Both the position numbers and the translations under genes were made by a program. Positions 1 through 13,414 of a DNA stretch of 64,000 nt are shown piece by piece (within the stretch, counting starts at the first letter, position 1; every line of letters starts with the position of its first letter). Where the stretch lies: positions 2,790,001-2,854,000 of the forward strand of contig NC_058383.1 of NCBI RefSeq assembly GCF_018350175.1, written 5' to 3'. The notes under the pieces were generated by a model, which saw only the letters and a program-made list of their open reading frames with translations, was not told where the DNA came from and ran no database searches. Source of the stretch: Felis catus. Taxonomy: Eukaryota.

Positions 1-323
1 CCTTTGCTGATTTTCTTTAGTGATGTATTTGGGTTTCTTTCTCTTTATTCTTTGCATGTTTATTAGTGGTTTTTGATATATGGTTACCATTAGGTTTGTA
101 TCATAAGATCATCTGCATATAGCAGTCCATGTTAAGTTGCTTAAATTTGAACCCATTCTTTACTCCTCTCCTCACCACGTTTTAGGTCTATTATGTTGTC
201 ATATTTCACATTTTTTAATTTTGTGAGTTGCTTGATTTTTTTTTTTTTTACAGAAATAATTCATTTTTACTGCTTTTGTGTTTCCTACCCACATGCTATT
301 ATTTATAGTCTCCTTTCCACTCA

Positions 324-1434
324 GAGTCCCCTTCAATACTGCTTGAAGGGCTGGTTTAGTGGTCATGAACTCCTTTTGTTTTTGTTTGCGGAAACTCTTA
401 ATCTCCTTCCATTCTGGATGATAGCCTTGCTGGATAGAGTATTCTTGGCTACAGATGTTTCCCATTCAGCACTCTGAGTACATCCTGCCACTCCCTCTGG
501 TTTCAAAAGTTTCTGCTGGAGAATTCCTCTTTACCCTTAGGAGGTTTTCTTTTTATGTTACTGTCTTATTTGGCTTGCTGCTGTAAAAATTTTTCCTTTA
601 TCACTATATTTTGTCAGTTTTTTTTGAAGTTTATTTACTTGGCGAGAGAGAGAGAGGGAGAACTGCGCATGCATGAGTGTGAGTGGGGGAGGTGAGGGGG
701 GGCAGAGAACCCCAAGCAGGCTCCACACTGTCAGCACAGAACTGGATGCAGGGCTTGAACTCATCAACTGTGAGATCATGACCTGAGCCGAAATCCAGAG
801 TTGGATGCTTAACCAAGTGAACCACCCAGGTGCCCCCTATTTTGTTAATTATAGTAGGTCTTAGTGTAGATCTGCTTTTCTTGATTTTGTTGGGGGTTCT
901 CTGTGCCTCCTGGATTGGTATTTCTGTTTCCTTCCCCAGATTAGGGAAGTTTTCAGCTATTCTTTCTTCCCATAAATTTTCAGCCCCCTATCTCTTCTTC
1001 TTTTAGGATGCCTATAATGTGAATGTTAATACATTTGATGGAGTTACTGAGTTCCCTAAGTCTGTTGTTGTTTTGCATAATTTTTTTTCTTTTTTGTTTG
1101 ATTCCATTCCTCGGTCTTCTAGGTCATTAACTCATTGCTCTGATTCTCCCAGCCTGCTGTTGATTGCATCAGATGTGTTTCTAATTTTCATCTCTGATTG
1201 GTTCTTTTTCTTTCTTCTCCTCCTCCTCCTCCTTTTTATATCTTTGGTTCTTATTTTTGTGTTAAGGGTCTCATTGATGGTCTCGTTACACTCTTTGCTC
1301 AAGTCCATTGAGTATCCTTATGATCACTGCTTTAAATTCTCCATCAGGCATCTTACTGTATCTATTTTACTTAGATCTCTGGCTGTGGCCTCATCCTGTT
1401 TTTTCACTTGTGATAAATTTCTCTGTCTTCTCAT
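324..1434 (-). pseudogene. Disrupted L1 ORF1p remnant
   Basis: ORF1p N- and C-terminal peptides are in different frames and are interrupted by the SINE at 618-837. Confidence 0.8.
618..837 (-). mobile_element. CAN-SINE (felid SINEC)
   Basis: Ends CACCCAGGTGCCCCC, has a (GA)n tract and T-rich tail. TSD tattttgt at 607-614 and 838-845. Confidence 0.95.
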
Positions 1435-2228
1435 TTTGTCTAAGTCCCTGTGCCTGTTTGTGTATGTTAGGTAAGTTACCAACAGCTCCTGGTTCTTGAG
1501 GGTAATGGCTTTATGAAGAATTGGTCCCATAGTGCACTCCCAGGCCCTGGGGCTTCCAAGAGTGTCTGCAATATGTGCTGAATGTGCTCTCCTTCTTGTC
1601 TTGCTTGCTTTATCTTTCAGTTCAGTTGACTGCAGAGGCTCTAGTTGCCTGTTGTGGTCAGTGTTTTGTCCCTGGCTTAAATGTGGCAAGGTGTAACTTG
1701 GTGTGCTCTGGTCTGCTTGTGAAATGAGACCTGTTACTACTGCCAGTGGAACTGAGGCTCTGCAAAACTTCCAGGTCAGGAGATGTGGTGTGAGCAGGGA
1801 TTTGGGCTGGTCTTCTAGGGAAGGGGGCCTACTGTGCTGGTACTTAGGCAAACATGACTGGGAAGGATGGTTCCACTGGTGCATGGGGAGGGGTGGGGCT
1901 TGGTGTAAGCAAGTTAGGTAGCAAGTGTAGGCGCTGTACTGGTTCCTGTGGGTAGCCCTGTGCTTACGCTGGGGCAGGGGTCAGAGGGTGGGGGGGAATG
2001 GTGCCTGCCAGTTCCTTTGTTGCTAGAGTTTTCTCTCCATCAATACTTCCTCTGGGACATGTTCCAGGATGAGTGAATAACCTCCTCACTGTGTACCCCA
2101 GGTGCTCTTCACATCACTGTTTTCAAGCTGTGTGTCCATGAACTGTTTGCCTGCATTCTAAGAGGAGTTCATTATATCCATTCTCTATCCAAGCCAAGCC
2201 CACTTACCTTTAGAACTCCATACTTTAG

Positions 2229-2366
2229 AGGCGCCTGGGTGGCTCAGTCGGTTAAGGGTCTGATGTTGTGCTCAGGTCATGATCTCGCAGTTTGTAGGTT
2301 CAAGCCCTGTGTTGAGCTCTGTGCTGACAGCTTGCTTAGAGCCTGGAGCCTACTTCGGATTTTGTG

Positions 2367-2416
<50 letters not shown>

Positions 2417-2490
2417 CCTTCCCCACTTGTGCTCTCTTTCTTGAAAATAAATAAATAAATATTGGGGAAAAACTTAAAAAAACAAAAACA
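2229..2490 (+). mobile_element. CAN-SINE with (CT)n microsatellite
   Basis: Head GGCGCCTGGGTGGCTCAGTCGGTTAAG, (CT)n at about 2378-2413. Imperfect TSD gaactccatacttt / aaactccacacttc. Confidence 0.95.
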
Positions 2491-2599
2491 AAACTCCACA
2501 CTTCAAACCCAGCTCATTGGCAGAAGTCACAAAATTTAGTCCCTCTGGCTTTCCAATCCAATTGCTATGGGGGTATATTTTCCCCCTGCACACCAGGGA

Positions 2600-3550
2600 C
2601 ATCTTTTTAAACCAAGATTGGAAACTCAGAACTTATGAAATGCAACACATTTGGTGATATGAAATCCTAACACATTTTCACTATAAAATATAAAAACAAA
2701 TATATTTAGAAAGTTACTTGCAATTCAAGTGATAAAGGAATATATAAAGAACTCTTACAAATTGACATTAAATCTGCTTAATCAAATAATAAAGGAGCAA
2801 ATAGAAATGATCATCAACATGGAAAGTTGTTAAAATTTACCAGTAGTCCCTAGTCAGCAGAAAAATTCAAAATAAAGTGATAATGAGGCCAGGTAAAATT
2901 AAAAAGGCATCCTCTTGGCTGCTGGTGGGTATGTGGAGAAAAGTAGCAACATAACTTGATATAGCCTTTTGGGAAAGCAATATAGCAACATAAATTATTA
3001 AAATTTGTCACACAATGCACATATATGCCAGTATGCATCACATGCATGGATACACCCTTAGATTTCAATTCCACTCTTGGAATTCTGTCTTGGAATAAAC
3101 TGCTAATGTGTAAGATGATAGAGAATGTTTTGTGGCATTGCTTACAGAGACCACAGGAAACAAAAGTAGTCAAGGTATGACTGAAATAAGCCACATGTGA
3201 CAGACCGTCTACAGCCATGAAGTAGAAGCAGTATAGCTGTGTGGCAGATGTCTGGGAGGAAATTTTAGAAGGCGCTGAGTGTGAAAATGAAATTGCAGAA
3301 AGGTGTATAAATGGATTCTATTTTACAAACAGTGATGAAACTTCTGTATATGTATTCATATGATTATATGATGGAGAAAATTATAGAGGAATGTATATTA
3401 AGGGAGGGGAGAGTAGGAAGCAAAAGGAGAGACCACTAAAACCTTACCGAATGGTCTGTATGATATCACCACAACTAATCCTTTGTAGAAAATGTACAGA
3501 GTTCCTATATATTATATTTAAATTGTTTATAAAGTGTATATGCATGATAA
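2600..3550 (+). mobile_element. Ancient L1M (L1ME-like) 3' fragment
   Basis: A-rich and degenerate, with L1 3' motifs aatatataaagaactcttacaaatt, ttttgggaaagcaat and caattccactcttggaatt. Confidence 0.6.
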
Positions 3551-4097
3551 TTTCTAAAAACTGGACTTGAAAACAGACCTACACAGTGTTTTCTTGTGCA
3601 TATCCTCTTTTAGATCATAGATGTTCTTTGAGGTAGTAACCACACCCTGCAGTGCTGGGCTCAGCCACTTTGTTCACACTTGTCCTTAGACCAAATACAA
3701 AGTCTATTAGGAGAGACTGTCAGGCGCCCCACAGTTCATGTTAGAAACCTTTGTTTGTGATGCTTTCTTTGACTCATCAAGTGAGGTTATGTGCTTTTTT
3801 GGCATTGTTTTTGTGACTCAGATAAAGTTTTCCATATTGTACTTTACATGTTTGTTGTTAGGCCATTAGCACCCAAGGGTGTCTTAGAAGCTCATATTTA
3901 TGACATTTACTTGCAGTAAAGTTTATCAACAAGAGCTAGATGGTTGCAAACAAAGAATTGAAGATTTATGGGTAATGTATGCAATCATTGGCTTTAGGGT
4001 CCAATTGTTTCCATGTTTTATTTTACTTATATGATACTGAGAAAATTGATTAACTTTAGTAGTGGGAGTAGTTAATAGCTTTTAAAAATAGTTTCTC

Positions 4098-4303
4098 AGG
4101 TGGACTCAGGTGGCTAAGTCCAGCGTCCAACTTTGGCTCAGGTCGTGATCTCATGGTTTGTGAGTTCGAGCCCTGCATTAGGCTCACTGCTGCTGTCGAT
4201 GCAGTGCCCACTTCGGATCCTCTGTCCCCCTCTCTCTATGCCCTTCCCCTGCTTATGTGCGCGCTCTCGCTCTCTCTCTCTCTCAAAAATAAATATTAAA
4301 AAA
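4098..4303 (+). mobile_element. CAN-SINE
   Basis: SINE body ggctcaggtcgtgatctc...gagttcgagccc, (CT)n and AATAAA. TSD aaaaa(t)agtttctc on both sides. Confidence 0.93.
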
Positions 4304-5400
4304 AGTTTCTCTTGTAATTTCAAGATGTACTTTAGTTATATTAACATAGGAGCTTAAAAAGAATTATAGAAGTTTATTTCCAAGCTGAATAAAAATGTGA
4401 CAGCTGCTTGTTATTATCATAAATAGAAAAAGCCCCTCAAATTTGCAAGAAAACATTAAAACTACATTAGGACCTCAGAATAGATGGATATTATGTCTTC
4501 ATTTTTTTGTTGCTGGACTGAATATAAATGCTGAAAGCACATTTCAGTCTGATGTGCCTGAGCCCTATCTGGTATATAATTTAATTTGGCACATAGGTGA
4601 TGCAGAAATGTGCTTGGTACTTGAGTTATGGGAGAGTGAACATAGAAATTCAACAGTCTCAAATTCAGAAAACAATCATTACTGACATGATCACTGTAAG
4701 TCAAACATGTCCTTCTACAGTATTATCTAGAGAAAGTTTATTTCCAGGTCTACTCAAGTACAAATTAACCTGACTGTGCAGGGTAGTACTTTGGGGGGAC
4801 TTCTATATGTAAAAAATTGAGGTTAGTACCCCTGTGATTATGACTTGTGCTTTATTACAGATTTTAAAATACATTGCAAAAAACTAATGTTTATAGAAGC
4901 CTTGAAGCTTTGTCGCTGAACTTTGGAGCTTCATTGAACATGGTTTGATTAGTACTACAGTGTGGTATGTGGGAGAAATGTCACGAGAAACTGCATTTTT
5001 GGGTTTGGAGAATTTTATTTTTCAGATGTGTTATGGTATACTAAGACAGTTTATGCTGATAAAATCTGTTTTCTGGTTTCTTTAAGACCTGGCTTGTTCG
5101 ACAGTGACAGTATTTCCACAGTGTAAATATCTTCATTTCAAAAGAACACATACACAAGAAGATTTTGGGATAATAACATACGTTAAGAAACAAATGAGGA
5201 TGAAAAAAGACTGAGCTAACATTTTAATTAAACCTAAATACATCATGTAAACAAAATAAAGTAGTTGTCATTTTTCTGAGCTCAGATTTTCTAAAAAAAA
5301 AAAAAAAAAAAATCTGTAAAATCCTTTGTAGTGATGTAAACATATTGTTTTTACTTACTCCTACACCAAGAGGTATGATGTGCAATGCAGTTAAAAAAAA

Positions 5401-5600
5401 TTTTTTTTTTCTTAATGTTTGTTTATTTTTGAAGGAGAGAGAGAGGGAGGGAGGGAGGGAGGGAGGCAAAGAATCCGAAGCAGGCTCCAGGCTCTGAGCC
5501 GTCAGCACGGAGCCCAATGCGGGGCTCCATCTAATGACCCGTGAGATCATGACCTGAGATGAAGTGGGACGCTTAACTGACTGAGGCATGCAGGTGCCCC
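5401..5600 (-). mobile_element. CAN-SINE (SINEC_Fc-type)
   Basis: gaatccgaagcaggctccaggctctgagc...caggtgcccc. Confidence 0.95.
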
Positions 5601-6550
5601 ATGCAAGGTAGTTTTTTTTAATTGCGAAGAATTAACACCATTCAGTTACATAAGCTTTCATTTTTCCAGAAAATTCTTATCTGGAGTATGGTAACCTCCC
5701 TCATCAGGCCCTGTGACATGTTTACAGAAACCCAGATTCCGGAACGGGTTCTTGCAGCATGAACTGTTTATTCTGGTCATGCCTTTCCTTTCAGTGTTTC
5801 CCTGGAGTATCTCCACCTTAGTAATAAATGACCTTGTTTTATGAAATGTATGAGATTTTTCATATTAGTCAGCTTCTGGCAGTAATATTTGATATCTTTG
5901 TTGGGATGCACATGACCCTGTCTAGATTATGTGCTTTGGGCTGCTCTGACATCCACATCCAGCCATTATCAGCTTGTTACAATTACACTCATCACATGCT
6001 ATAGTTTTGAGTTCTTGTTTTCGTGCTCTGTTAGGCAAAATAAGTAAAACATTCTTTCAGATCAATCCTGTTGTTAGATGTTTCTGGTGTTTGTAGTCCT
6101 GAATAACCTGTATTTAGTTTGGGTCTAACTTTGAAGATTTAGACTGTGAATTTTTCTAAACGGCTACGAATACCTCAGACTCTGCTTAAAATCTTTCAGG
6201 GGATTCCTCTGCAGAATAAAATTCAAACTCTTAAGCTTGCAGGACTGCTGCTCATGGTAAAGTTGGTTGTGCCCTACATGTGGGTATCCGTAAGGAGTCG
6301 AGTCCCACCAGTTCATCTACCCAAGCTCTAGGGCTGGTGGCGGTGGTCGGGCACTTGTCCAGTTCACTCAGAGGCATCATTTGGCTAATGGAGGGTTTAC
6401 TTAAGGCTTTTCATCTGGCTTTTGCTTTCTTTAAGCTACACTTTATTCTCTGTTCTGGTCAGTATCACAGACCTGTATCTATTATGGTCCTGTTATTTAA
6501 AACCACTTGAAGTTCTCCAAATGTACTATGTGCTACAGTACTTTTCTTGT

Positions 6551-6750
6551 AATAATAATGAGAGCCAACATTGATTAAACATTTATGCCAGAACTTTATG
6601 GCATTATCTTACCTAGTCCTTATTAAATGAGGATAGGTCTCTTATTGCCTCCATTAAGTACACCTGAGGAAATGTTAAGTGGTTTGTCCAGGATCACAGA
6701 ACTATAAAATGGTGGCACCAGGATTTGAACCCAGGCTATGATGATTGGAC
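6551..6750 (-). mobile_element. MIR
   Basis: gttaagtggtttgtccaggatcacagaacta...ccaggatttgaacccagg is the reverse complement of the MIR core. Confidence 0.75.
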
Positions 6751-6752
6751 TC

Positions 6753-9510
6753 TTTTTTTTTTTTTTGAGGTATAATTGATATATAACATAATAATCGGTT
6801 TTAGGTGTACAAAATGATTTGAGACATTTATATATACATACATAATATAAATATTCACGCACACATTGAGAAATGATCAGCACTTGTAAGTCTAGTTACC
6901 ACCACATATAGATAAAATTTTTTTCTTGTGATGAGAACTTTTAAGATGTGTTCTCTTAGCAACTTTGAAAAATACAATACTGTATTTTTAACTATAGTCA
7001 ACATGCTATACAATATACCCCAGGACTTAATTATCACTAGAAGTTTATATCTTTTGACCACCTTCACTCATTAAATTCAGCCCCTATCCCTGGCAACCCC
7101 CAGTCTGTTCTCATAGATGAGTTTGATTTTCTTTTTGGATTCTACAAATAGGTGAGATCATATGGTATTTGTCTTTGACTTATTTCACTTAGCATGATGC
7201 CCTCAGGGTCCATCCATGTTGTCATAAATAGCAAAATTTTATTCTTTTGTTTATGGCTGAATAATACTCCCTTGTATATATACTACATTTGCTTTATCCA
7301 TCATTCATTGGTGGACACAGGCTGTTTCTGTGTCTTGGCTGTTGTAAATAATGGTGCTGTGATTGTGGGGGTATAGACACCTTTTGAATTAATGGTTTTG
7401 TTTCTTTCAGATAAATACCCAGAAGTGGAATTGTTAGATTATATGGTATTTTTTTTCTTATTCTTTTTTTTAATTCTTGAGAAACTTCCAAATTGACTTC
7501 CATAGTGGCCACACCAGTTTACATTCTCCACCTACAGTGCAGAAAGATTTCCTTTTCTCCACATTCTCAACCAGCATTGGCTATCTCTCTTTGACAATAG
7601 CCATTCTAACAGGTGTGAGATGATATCTCACTGTGGCTTTCATTTGCACTTATGGTTAGTGATGCTGAGCACCTTTTCATGTACTTGTTGGCTATTTATA
7701 GGTCTTTGAAAAAAGGTCATTCAAGTCCTTTACCTGTTTAATATGATTATTTTGTTGAGTTGTATGAGTTCTTAATAGATTTTGGATATTAACCTCTTAA
7801 CAGCTGTATGTTTCACAGATATGTTCTGTTTCATAGGTTGCCATTTCATTTTGTGGATCGTTTTTCTTTGCTGTGCGGAAGCTTTTTTAGTTTGACGTAG
7901 TCTCACTTGTTTATCTTTGCTTTTGTTTCCTTTGCTTTGGTGAGAAATCAAAATGTCATTGCCAAGACCAATGTTAAGGAGCTTCCTACCTATGTTCTCT
8001 TCCAGGAGATTTATGGTTTCAGGTTTTTTGTTCAAATCTTTAATCCATTTTGAGTCTGTTTTTGTGTATGATGTAAGAAAAATGGTCCAGTTTCATTCTT
8101 TTACATGTGGCTGTTAAGCTTTCCCAGCACCATTTAGTGAAGAGACTGTCCTTTGCCCACTGTATATGCTTCGCTCCTTTGTTGTACATTAATTGACAAT
8201 ATATGCATGGGTTTATTTCAGGGCTCTCTATTCCACTGATCTATGCATCTGTTTTTATGCCAATACCTTATTGTACTGATTACAATAGATTTTTAATCAA
8301 GTTTGAAATCAGGAAGTGTGATGCCTCCAGCTTAGTTCTTCTTTCTGAAGATTGCTTTGGCTATCCAGGATTTTTTTTAGTTCCATACAAGTTTTAGTAT
8401 TTTTCTATTTCTGTGGAAAAAATGAGACTGGAAGTTTTACAGGAATTACATTGACCTTAAAGATTGCTTTGGGTAGTATGGACATTTGAAGAGTATCCTT
8501 GTAGTCCATGAGCATGGAGTATCTTTTCATTTATTTGTGCCTTGTTCAGTTTGTTTCATCAGTGTCTTAAAGTTTTCAGTCTACTAGTCTTTTACTTTCT
8601 TAGATTTATTCTTAGATATGTTATTCTTTTTGATGTAATTGTAAGTGGGAGTGTTTTCTTACTTGTTCCTTCTGCTAGTTAATAGTATATAAAAACACCA
8701 CAGAGTTTTGTATATTGATTTTTATATCCCACTTCACTGAATTTATTCTAACAGTTTTTGGTGGAGTCTTAGGGTTTTGTATATACAATACGTCATTTGC
8801 AAATAGAGACAGTTTTAATTCTGTCTTTCTGATTTGGATGAGTTTTGTTTCTTGCTGAATTGCTCTGGCTAAGACTTCCAATACTATGTTGAATAAAAGT
8901 GGCAAGAGTAGGCATCCTTGTCTTGTTACTGGCCTTAGAGGAAAATCTCGTTTTTCACCAAGTGTAATGTTAGCTATGGGCTTGTCCTATATGGTTGAGG
9001 TACGTTCCATCTGTACCCACATTGGTGAGAATTTTTATCCTGAATGGATGTTGAATTTTGTCAAATGCTTTTTCTGCATCTGTTGAGATGATATGATTTT
9101 GGTTCTTCATTTTGTTAACCTACGTGACATTAACTGACTTGTGGATGTTGAGCCATTCTTGCATCCCAAGAATTTATTTCCAAGGGGGAATAAATCCCCC
9201 TTGATGATGGTGTATGATCCTTTTAATGTAATGTTGGAATTAAGTTTGCTGATAGTTTTGTTCAGGATTTTTGCATGTGTGTTCATCAAGGATATTGGCC
9301 TGTAATTTTATTTTCTTATGTCTTTGTCTGGTTTCAGTATCAGGGGAATGCTGGCCTTGCTAAATAAATTTGCAAGTATTCCCTTCTCTAATATTTTTTG
9401 GAAGAGTTTGCGGATTGAGATTAGTTCTTTCTGTAAATGTTTGATAGAATTCACCAGAGAAGCCATCTGGTACTGGGCTTCTGTTTGTTGGAAAGTTATG
9501 ATTACTGTCC
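6753..9510 (-). mobile_element. 5'-truncated LINE-1 (L1MA/L1_Carn-type), ORF2 3' half + 3' UTR
   Basis: Poly-T tail at 6753. Minus-strand ORF2 peptides PLLFNIVLEVLARAIQQE..LKLSLFAND, MNTHAKILNK and [16 protein letters not shown], with many frameshifts. Confidence 0.95.
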
Positions 9511-10044
9511 CAATTAGCTTTACTATTACTGTTTCTAAAGTTTGTAGATGTTTTCTTGCCTGTCTAGAGATGGCCTGGGGTCACGTTTGAGGACAAAAGG
9601 CTGCTTTGGGAAGTTCACTTAAGTGGGTATTTGGTTATGTAGGATAATACAACATCTTATTCTGGAATGTGGAGCCAAACTGTTCAGCGTAGTAAGATGT
9701 AAGGATTCCTTCCCCACCCCTCAGCTGCTGCCTGACCATCACCATTGGAAGAAGTGTTGCACTTCTAGGTTGTTTCTTGTAGGTCTTTAGGGACACCAGA
9801 GACTTGGATTTCTGGAAGATAAACTTCCTAGGTTAGGTGAAACACTAGGCTTCCCAAAACCAGGTGGAATGTTGGACTCAGCTACTGAGTACCCACGTCA
9901 GTACTCCTGTCTTTGACAGGAGAGTGAAAAGCATGTGTCATACAAGGACAGCAATATTATCAAAGTAAGAGTATTTTAATAAAAAGGAATCTATAAAATG
10001 GGAATGCTGGAAAAGAACAATTAAATCGTACTAAGTATGGCTAG

Positions 10045-10221
10045 TTATTTGTTTATTTTAGAGAGAGTACGAGCAGGGGAAGGAAGGGAGAGTGGGAATC
10101 TCAAGCAGGCTCCATGCTCAGCTCCGATCCTGATGAGGGCTCGATCCCATGACCCTGGGATCATGACCTGAGTGGAAATCAAGAGTCGCAAGCTTAACAG
10201 ACTGAGCCACTGAGGTGCCCC
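10045..10221 (-). mobile_element. CAN-SINE (older subfamily)
   Basis: gaatctcaagcaggctccatgctcagc...gagccactgaggtgcccc. Confidence 0.9.
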
Positions 10222-10726
10222 AGGTTAGTTGTATTTTTATTTGAATTAGAAATGGCAAAAATCTCAAAGGAGAATATTGACAAAAACATCAGAATCAGTA
10301 AGAAGGAAGCCAGTGACACATACAGGAAAAGTTATCAGTGAAGCTAAGGGCAGTCTTTGTTGTTGGTTACTACAGAAATTGGAGAAAGTTTTACTTCAGA
10401 CACTAGTCTGCAGTTAACATTCCTTGCTGCTCCATGAAAGAGTTAATGTCTTCTCACTTCTCTTCCTTTGCTCATACTGCTTTTGCTTTCTTGTATGTCC
10501 TGCATCTAGACGTTAGCCTATTATTTAAAGTTGTACTTGGCTTTAAAGACCCTGCTTAGATGGCACTTACTCCCCGAAGTTCGTTCCAGGTGCACAAACC
10601 AGAAATGATTTTATGTTGTTGCTTTTATCACAGCAATTCTGTACTATTCTGACAGCACTTGACGTAAATCCTCAGATATTCTCTAGTATGTGGAGCGATA
10701 GCTTTATAGGTTAAAGAGCATGTTTC

Positions 10727-10960
10727 TTTTTTTTTTTTTTTTACTTTTTTTTTTTTTTAACATTTATTTATTTTTGAGACAGAGGGAGACAGAGCATGAA
10801 TGGGGGAGGGGCAGAGAGAGAAGGAGACACAGAATCGGAAGCAGGCTCCAGGCTCTGAGCCATCAGCCCAGAGCCTGACGCGGGGCTCGAACTCACAGAC
10901 CGCGAGATCGTGACCTGGCTGAAGTCGGACGCTTAACCGACTGCGCCACCCAGGCGCCCC
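10727..10960 (-). mobile_element. Young SINEC_Fc
   Basis: CpG-rich body and long T tail. Perfect 14-bp TSD aaagagcatgtttc at 10713-10726 and 10961-10974. Confidence 0.98.
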
Positions 10961-11857
10961 AAAGAGCATGTTTCATTTGGCATTATTAGTGTATACATTG
11001 TCTTGCGTATACAGTGCATACAGTGGGGTTTGCAGGGCTGGAGACTTGAGCACTGATGTACTGTCACCACAAGACAGAAGGGGGAGGATTCTTGGCAGAC
11101 AGACGGATAGGTTAGAACTGTCAGTGAAGACAGAATGGGAAGATAGTGGCACCAGTTGGAGACCTGGAGACTTTTCCCAAAGCCACTGCTCCTACTCCCT
11201 CTGCCAAAAGTACTTAATGAAGCAGGAGCAAAACAACTTTACTTCATTTGCTCTCCGGTGAATCAGTCGAGTCTACACCCTAGCCATCGGGCCCAAATAC
11301 TATCCCCAAGGTGGTTTTCTATCCAGAAGACCTAGATATTTCCAGCTTCCCTTTAGTTTCATTTCTGCCAAATTCTTGAAGGCCAGAGGCTAATCCACTG
11401 GAACAGTATTTCCCTGTAGCTTGGTTTTTAATTGTGTTCTGAATTTAGTTTATATTCCTAAATGGTTTTACAAGTCTTTTTCTCCCCATGCCCTCAGAGG
11501 AAGTTATGTGTTTGTGAACCTCTCGGGTACCATTTTAGTAAATTAAGAATTCAGTTCACTGAATGATACCCCTGTGGCCTGAAAGAGTTAATACAAGTTT
11601 CTTAAGTACCTTATTAATTCCCAGGGAATAATTTATGCATTAGAGTGTAGCTTAGTATCTCGTCAGTTAGACACACAGTACGGAATTTTTCCCCCCTTTG
11701 GAAAGTAGATTTGAACCTTTGAAAACAAATGGAGTTTGAGCTTAAATCTAAGGACGCTGTTTCATAAATAAGTAAACTTGGAACATTTCATTGAGAGAAG
11801 GGGTATTGTTATAAAAATAAAGATGAAGCAGGTTCAAATCCCAGTTTAGTGGTTTAC

Positions 11858-11945
11858 TTTTTTTTTTTTTAAGATTTATTTATTTTTGAGAAAGTGCAAG
11901 CGGGGGAGGGGCAGAGAGGGGGACAGAGGATCCAAAGCATCAGCC
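11858..11945 (-). mobile_element. 5'-truncated CAN-SINE inserted in a MIR fragment
   Basis: Only the tail and 3' body (ggggcagagagggggacagaggatccaaagc) are present. The flanks are MIR-like: ggttcaaatcccag and ttaacctctctctg. Confidence 0.8.
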
Positions 11946-12029
11946 CTGTACTTTTGTGAGACTTTGATGGATTAACCTCTCTCTGTTTTTCTCCTTTCTA
12001 AAGTAGGGATGAAGCTTACATCAGAGACA

Positions 12030-12320
12030 GAAGAGTGGTTAGGGACTTAGTACACCTGGCTTATGCACTAAAATTTGGGTTTGTTTCTGGGTTTAACTAT
12101 TGGATAGCTGTGTGACCTTCACTTAATCAACCTCTCGGACTCTGCTTTTTTCTACCTGTAAACTGGAATAATCCTAGTATCTAATACATAAAGTTGTTAT
12201 GAGTAGTAACAGCTCAATATTTTTATTCTTAGTATTCATTGGTAAGACTTTTGGAACAGATCAAATGAAGTAGGAGATAGAAAGTGCCAAGTACTGTGTC
12301 TAGGAATACTGGCAAACACT
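12030..12320 (+). mobile_element. MIR
   Basis: tagctgtgtgaccttc...aacctctc...acctgtaaactggaataat...gttgttatgag. Confidence 0.7.
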
Positions 12321-13180
12321 GAAGGGAGGATAGCTTTTGCTGTGTTAGAGTTCCTGTTGTAAGTTGCAGATGTAATAAGCCACTTCTATAAAATACCATG
12401 ACACGCTTCACCTCGTTTCTTGTGTCGTTAGGCCCTGTCCCTTCTCGAGAAGGCCCTCCTCTCAGTTTTGGACACGTTAGCATAGAGTTTAAGGGGCTGA
12501 CTTGCTCTTCCTTTTGGCCATCTAGGCAGCAATATCTTGGAGGTGAGCTTTACTTTTGGCATTTTGTTCTTTTCCCTTCTATATCCTTTTCTTCCTACTT
12601 TTGCTGCCTACTTCCTAAGTCTTCCATTGCCTTCAACTGCGCTATGGTATCAGGTAAATAAAAGCATCACGTACATAGGTGTATGACCTTGGCATAATGA
12701 GGACTCTGGTTTTGTGGTACAAACAGGGTTTTAGCTTTGTTAGACTATGGCTCATTATCAAGGGGAAAGTTATTCTTAGAGTTGCCCATTTAAAAAAGAG
12801 GCTAGCTCCTCAGGCTGCAGAGTGGACTATGCTGGGGAGGGGGAGGTAGGAAGAACTCTGGTTTATAAGATGAAATTCCCCCTTGACTCTTGGACTTGAA
12901 TGTGAGTGACCAGGATGTCCAGAAAGGAGGAACTGTCCTGGTATTTTTCCAGTAGGGACCAACTATGTGGAGGCAGATAGAGGACTGAAAGTAAGGAATA
13001 TGGACAAGTAGTCTGTAGTTAAACCTGCCTTTTGGGGCCAGAGCACACATACATTAAGATAGCCTCCTGGGTTGGTAGATGTCCAAGGGGTTTACTCCTT
13101 GGGCATTGCTGGGCTGTTCATGAAGTAGTAACAGGAGGATGAAGAGTGACTGACTTGGGGACTTCATATATCCCATGTTT

Positions 13181-13414
13181 TTTTCCCTTAATTTTTATTA
13201 AAAGGTTGTTTTTTGTTTTTATTTTTTAACATTTATCTAGTTTTGAGAAATGGAGCATGAGCGAGGGAGGGGCAGAGAGAAAGACCGAATTGGAAGCAGG
13301 CTTCAGACTCTGAGCTGTCAGCCCAGACCCAGACATGGAGCTCGAACTCATGAACTGTGAGACTGTGACCTGAGCCGAAGTCGGACGCTTAACCGACTGA
13401 GCCACCCAGGCAAC
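13181..13414 (-). mobile_element. CAN-SINE (SINEC_Fc)
   Basis: Perfect TSD cttcatatatcccatgttt at 13162-13180 and 13415-13433. Confidence 0.97.

Larger units (their letters stand above)
1..2590 (-). mobile_element. Carnivore LINE-1, 5' UTR + ORF1 + inter-ORF portion, continues off the window's left edge; two SINEs inserted
   Basis: Minus-strand translations match L1 ORF1p: N-terminus MRRQRNLSQVKKQDEATARDLSK (ATG at 1434) and C-terminus EIKSF..KQKEFMTTKPALQAVLKGTL (about 324-420). A GC-richer 5' UTR follows at 1500-2590. Confidence 0.9.

Noticed and set aside
2229..2310. tRNA gene from A/B-box-like sequence
   Set aside because: This is the tRNA-derived head of a SINE followed by (CT)n and an A tail, with no complete cloverleaf. 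The same applies to all SINE heads here.
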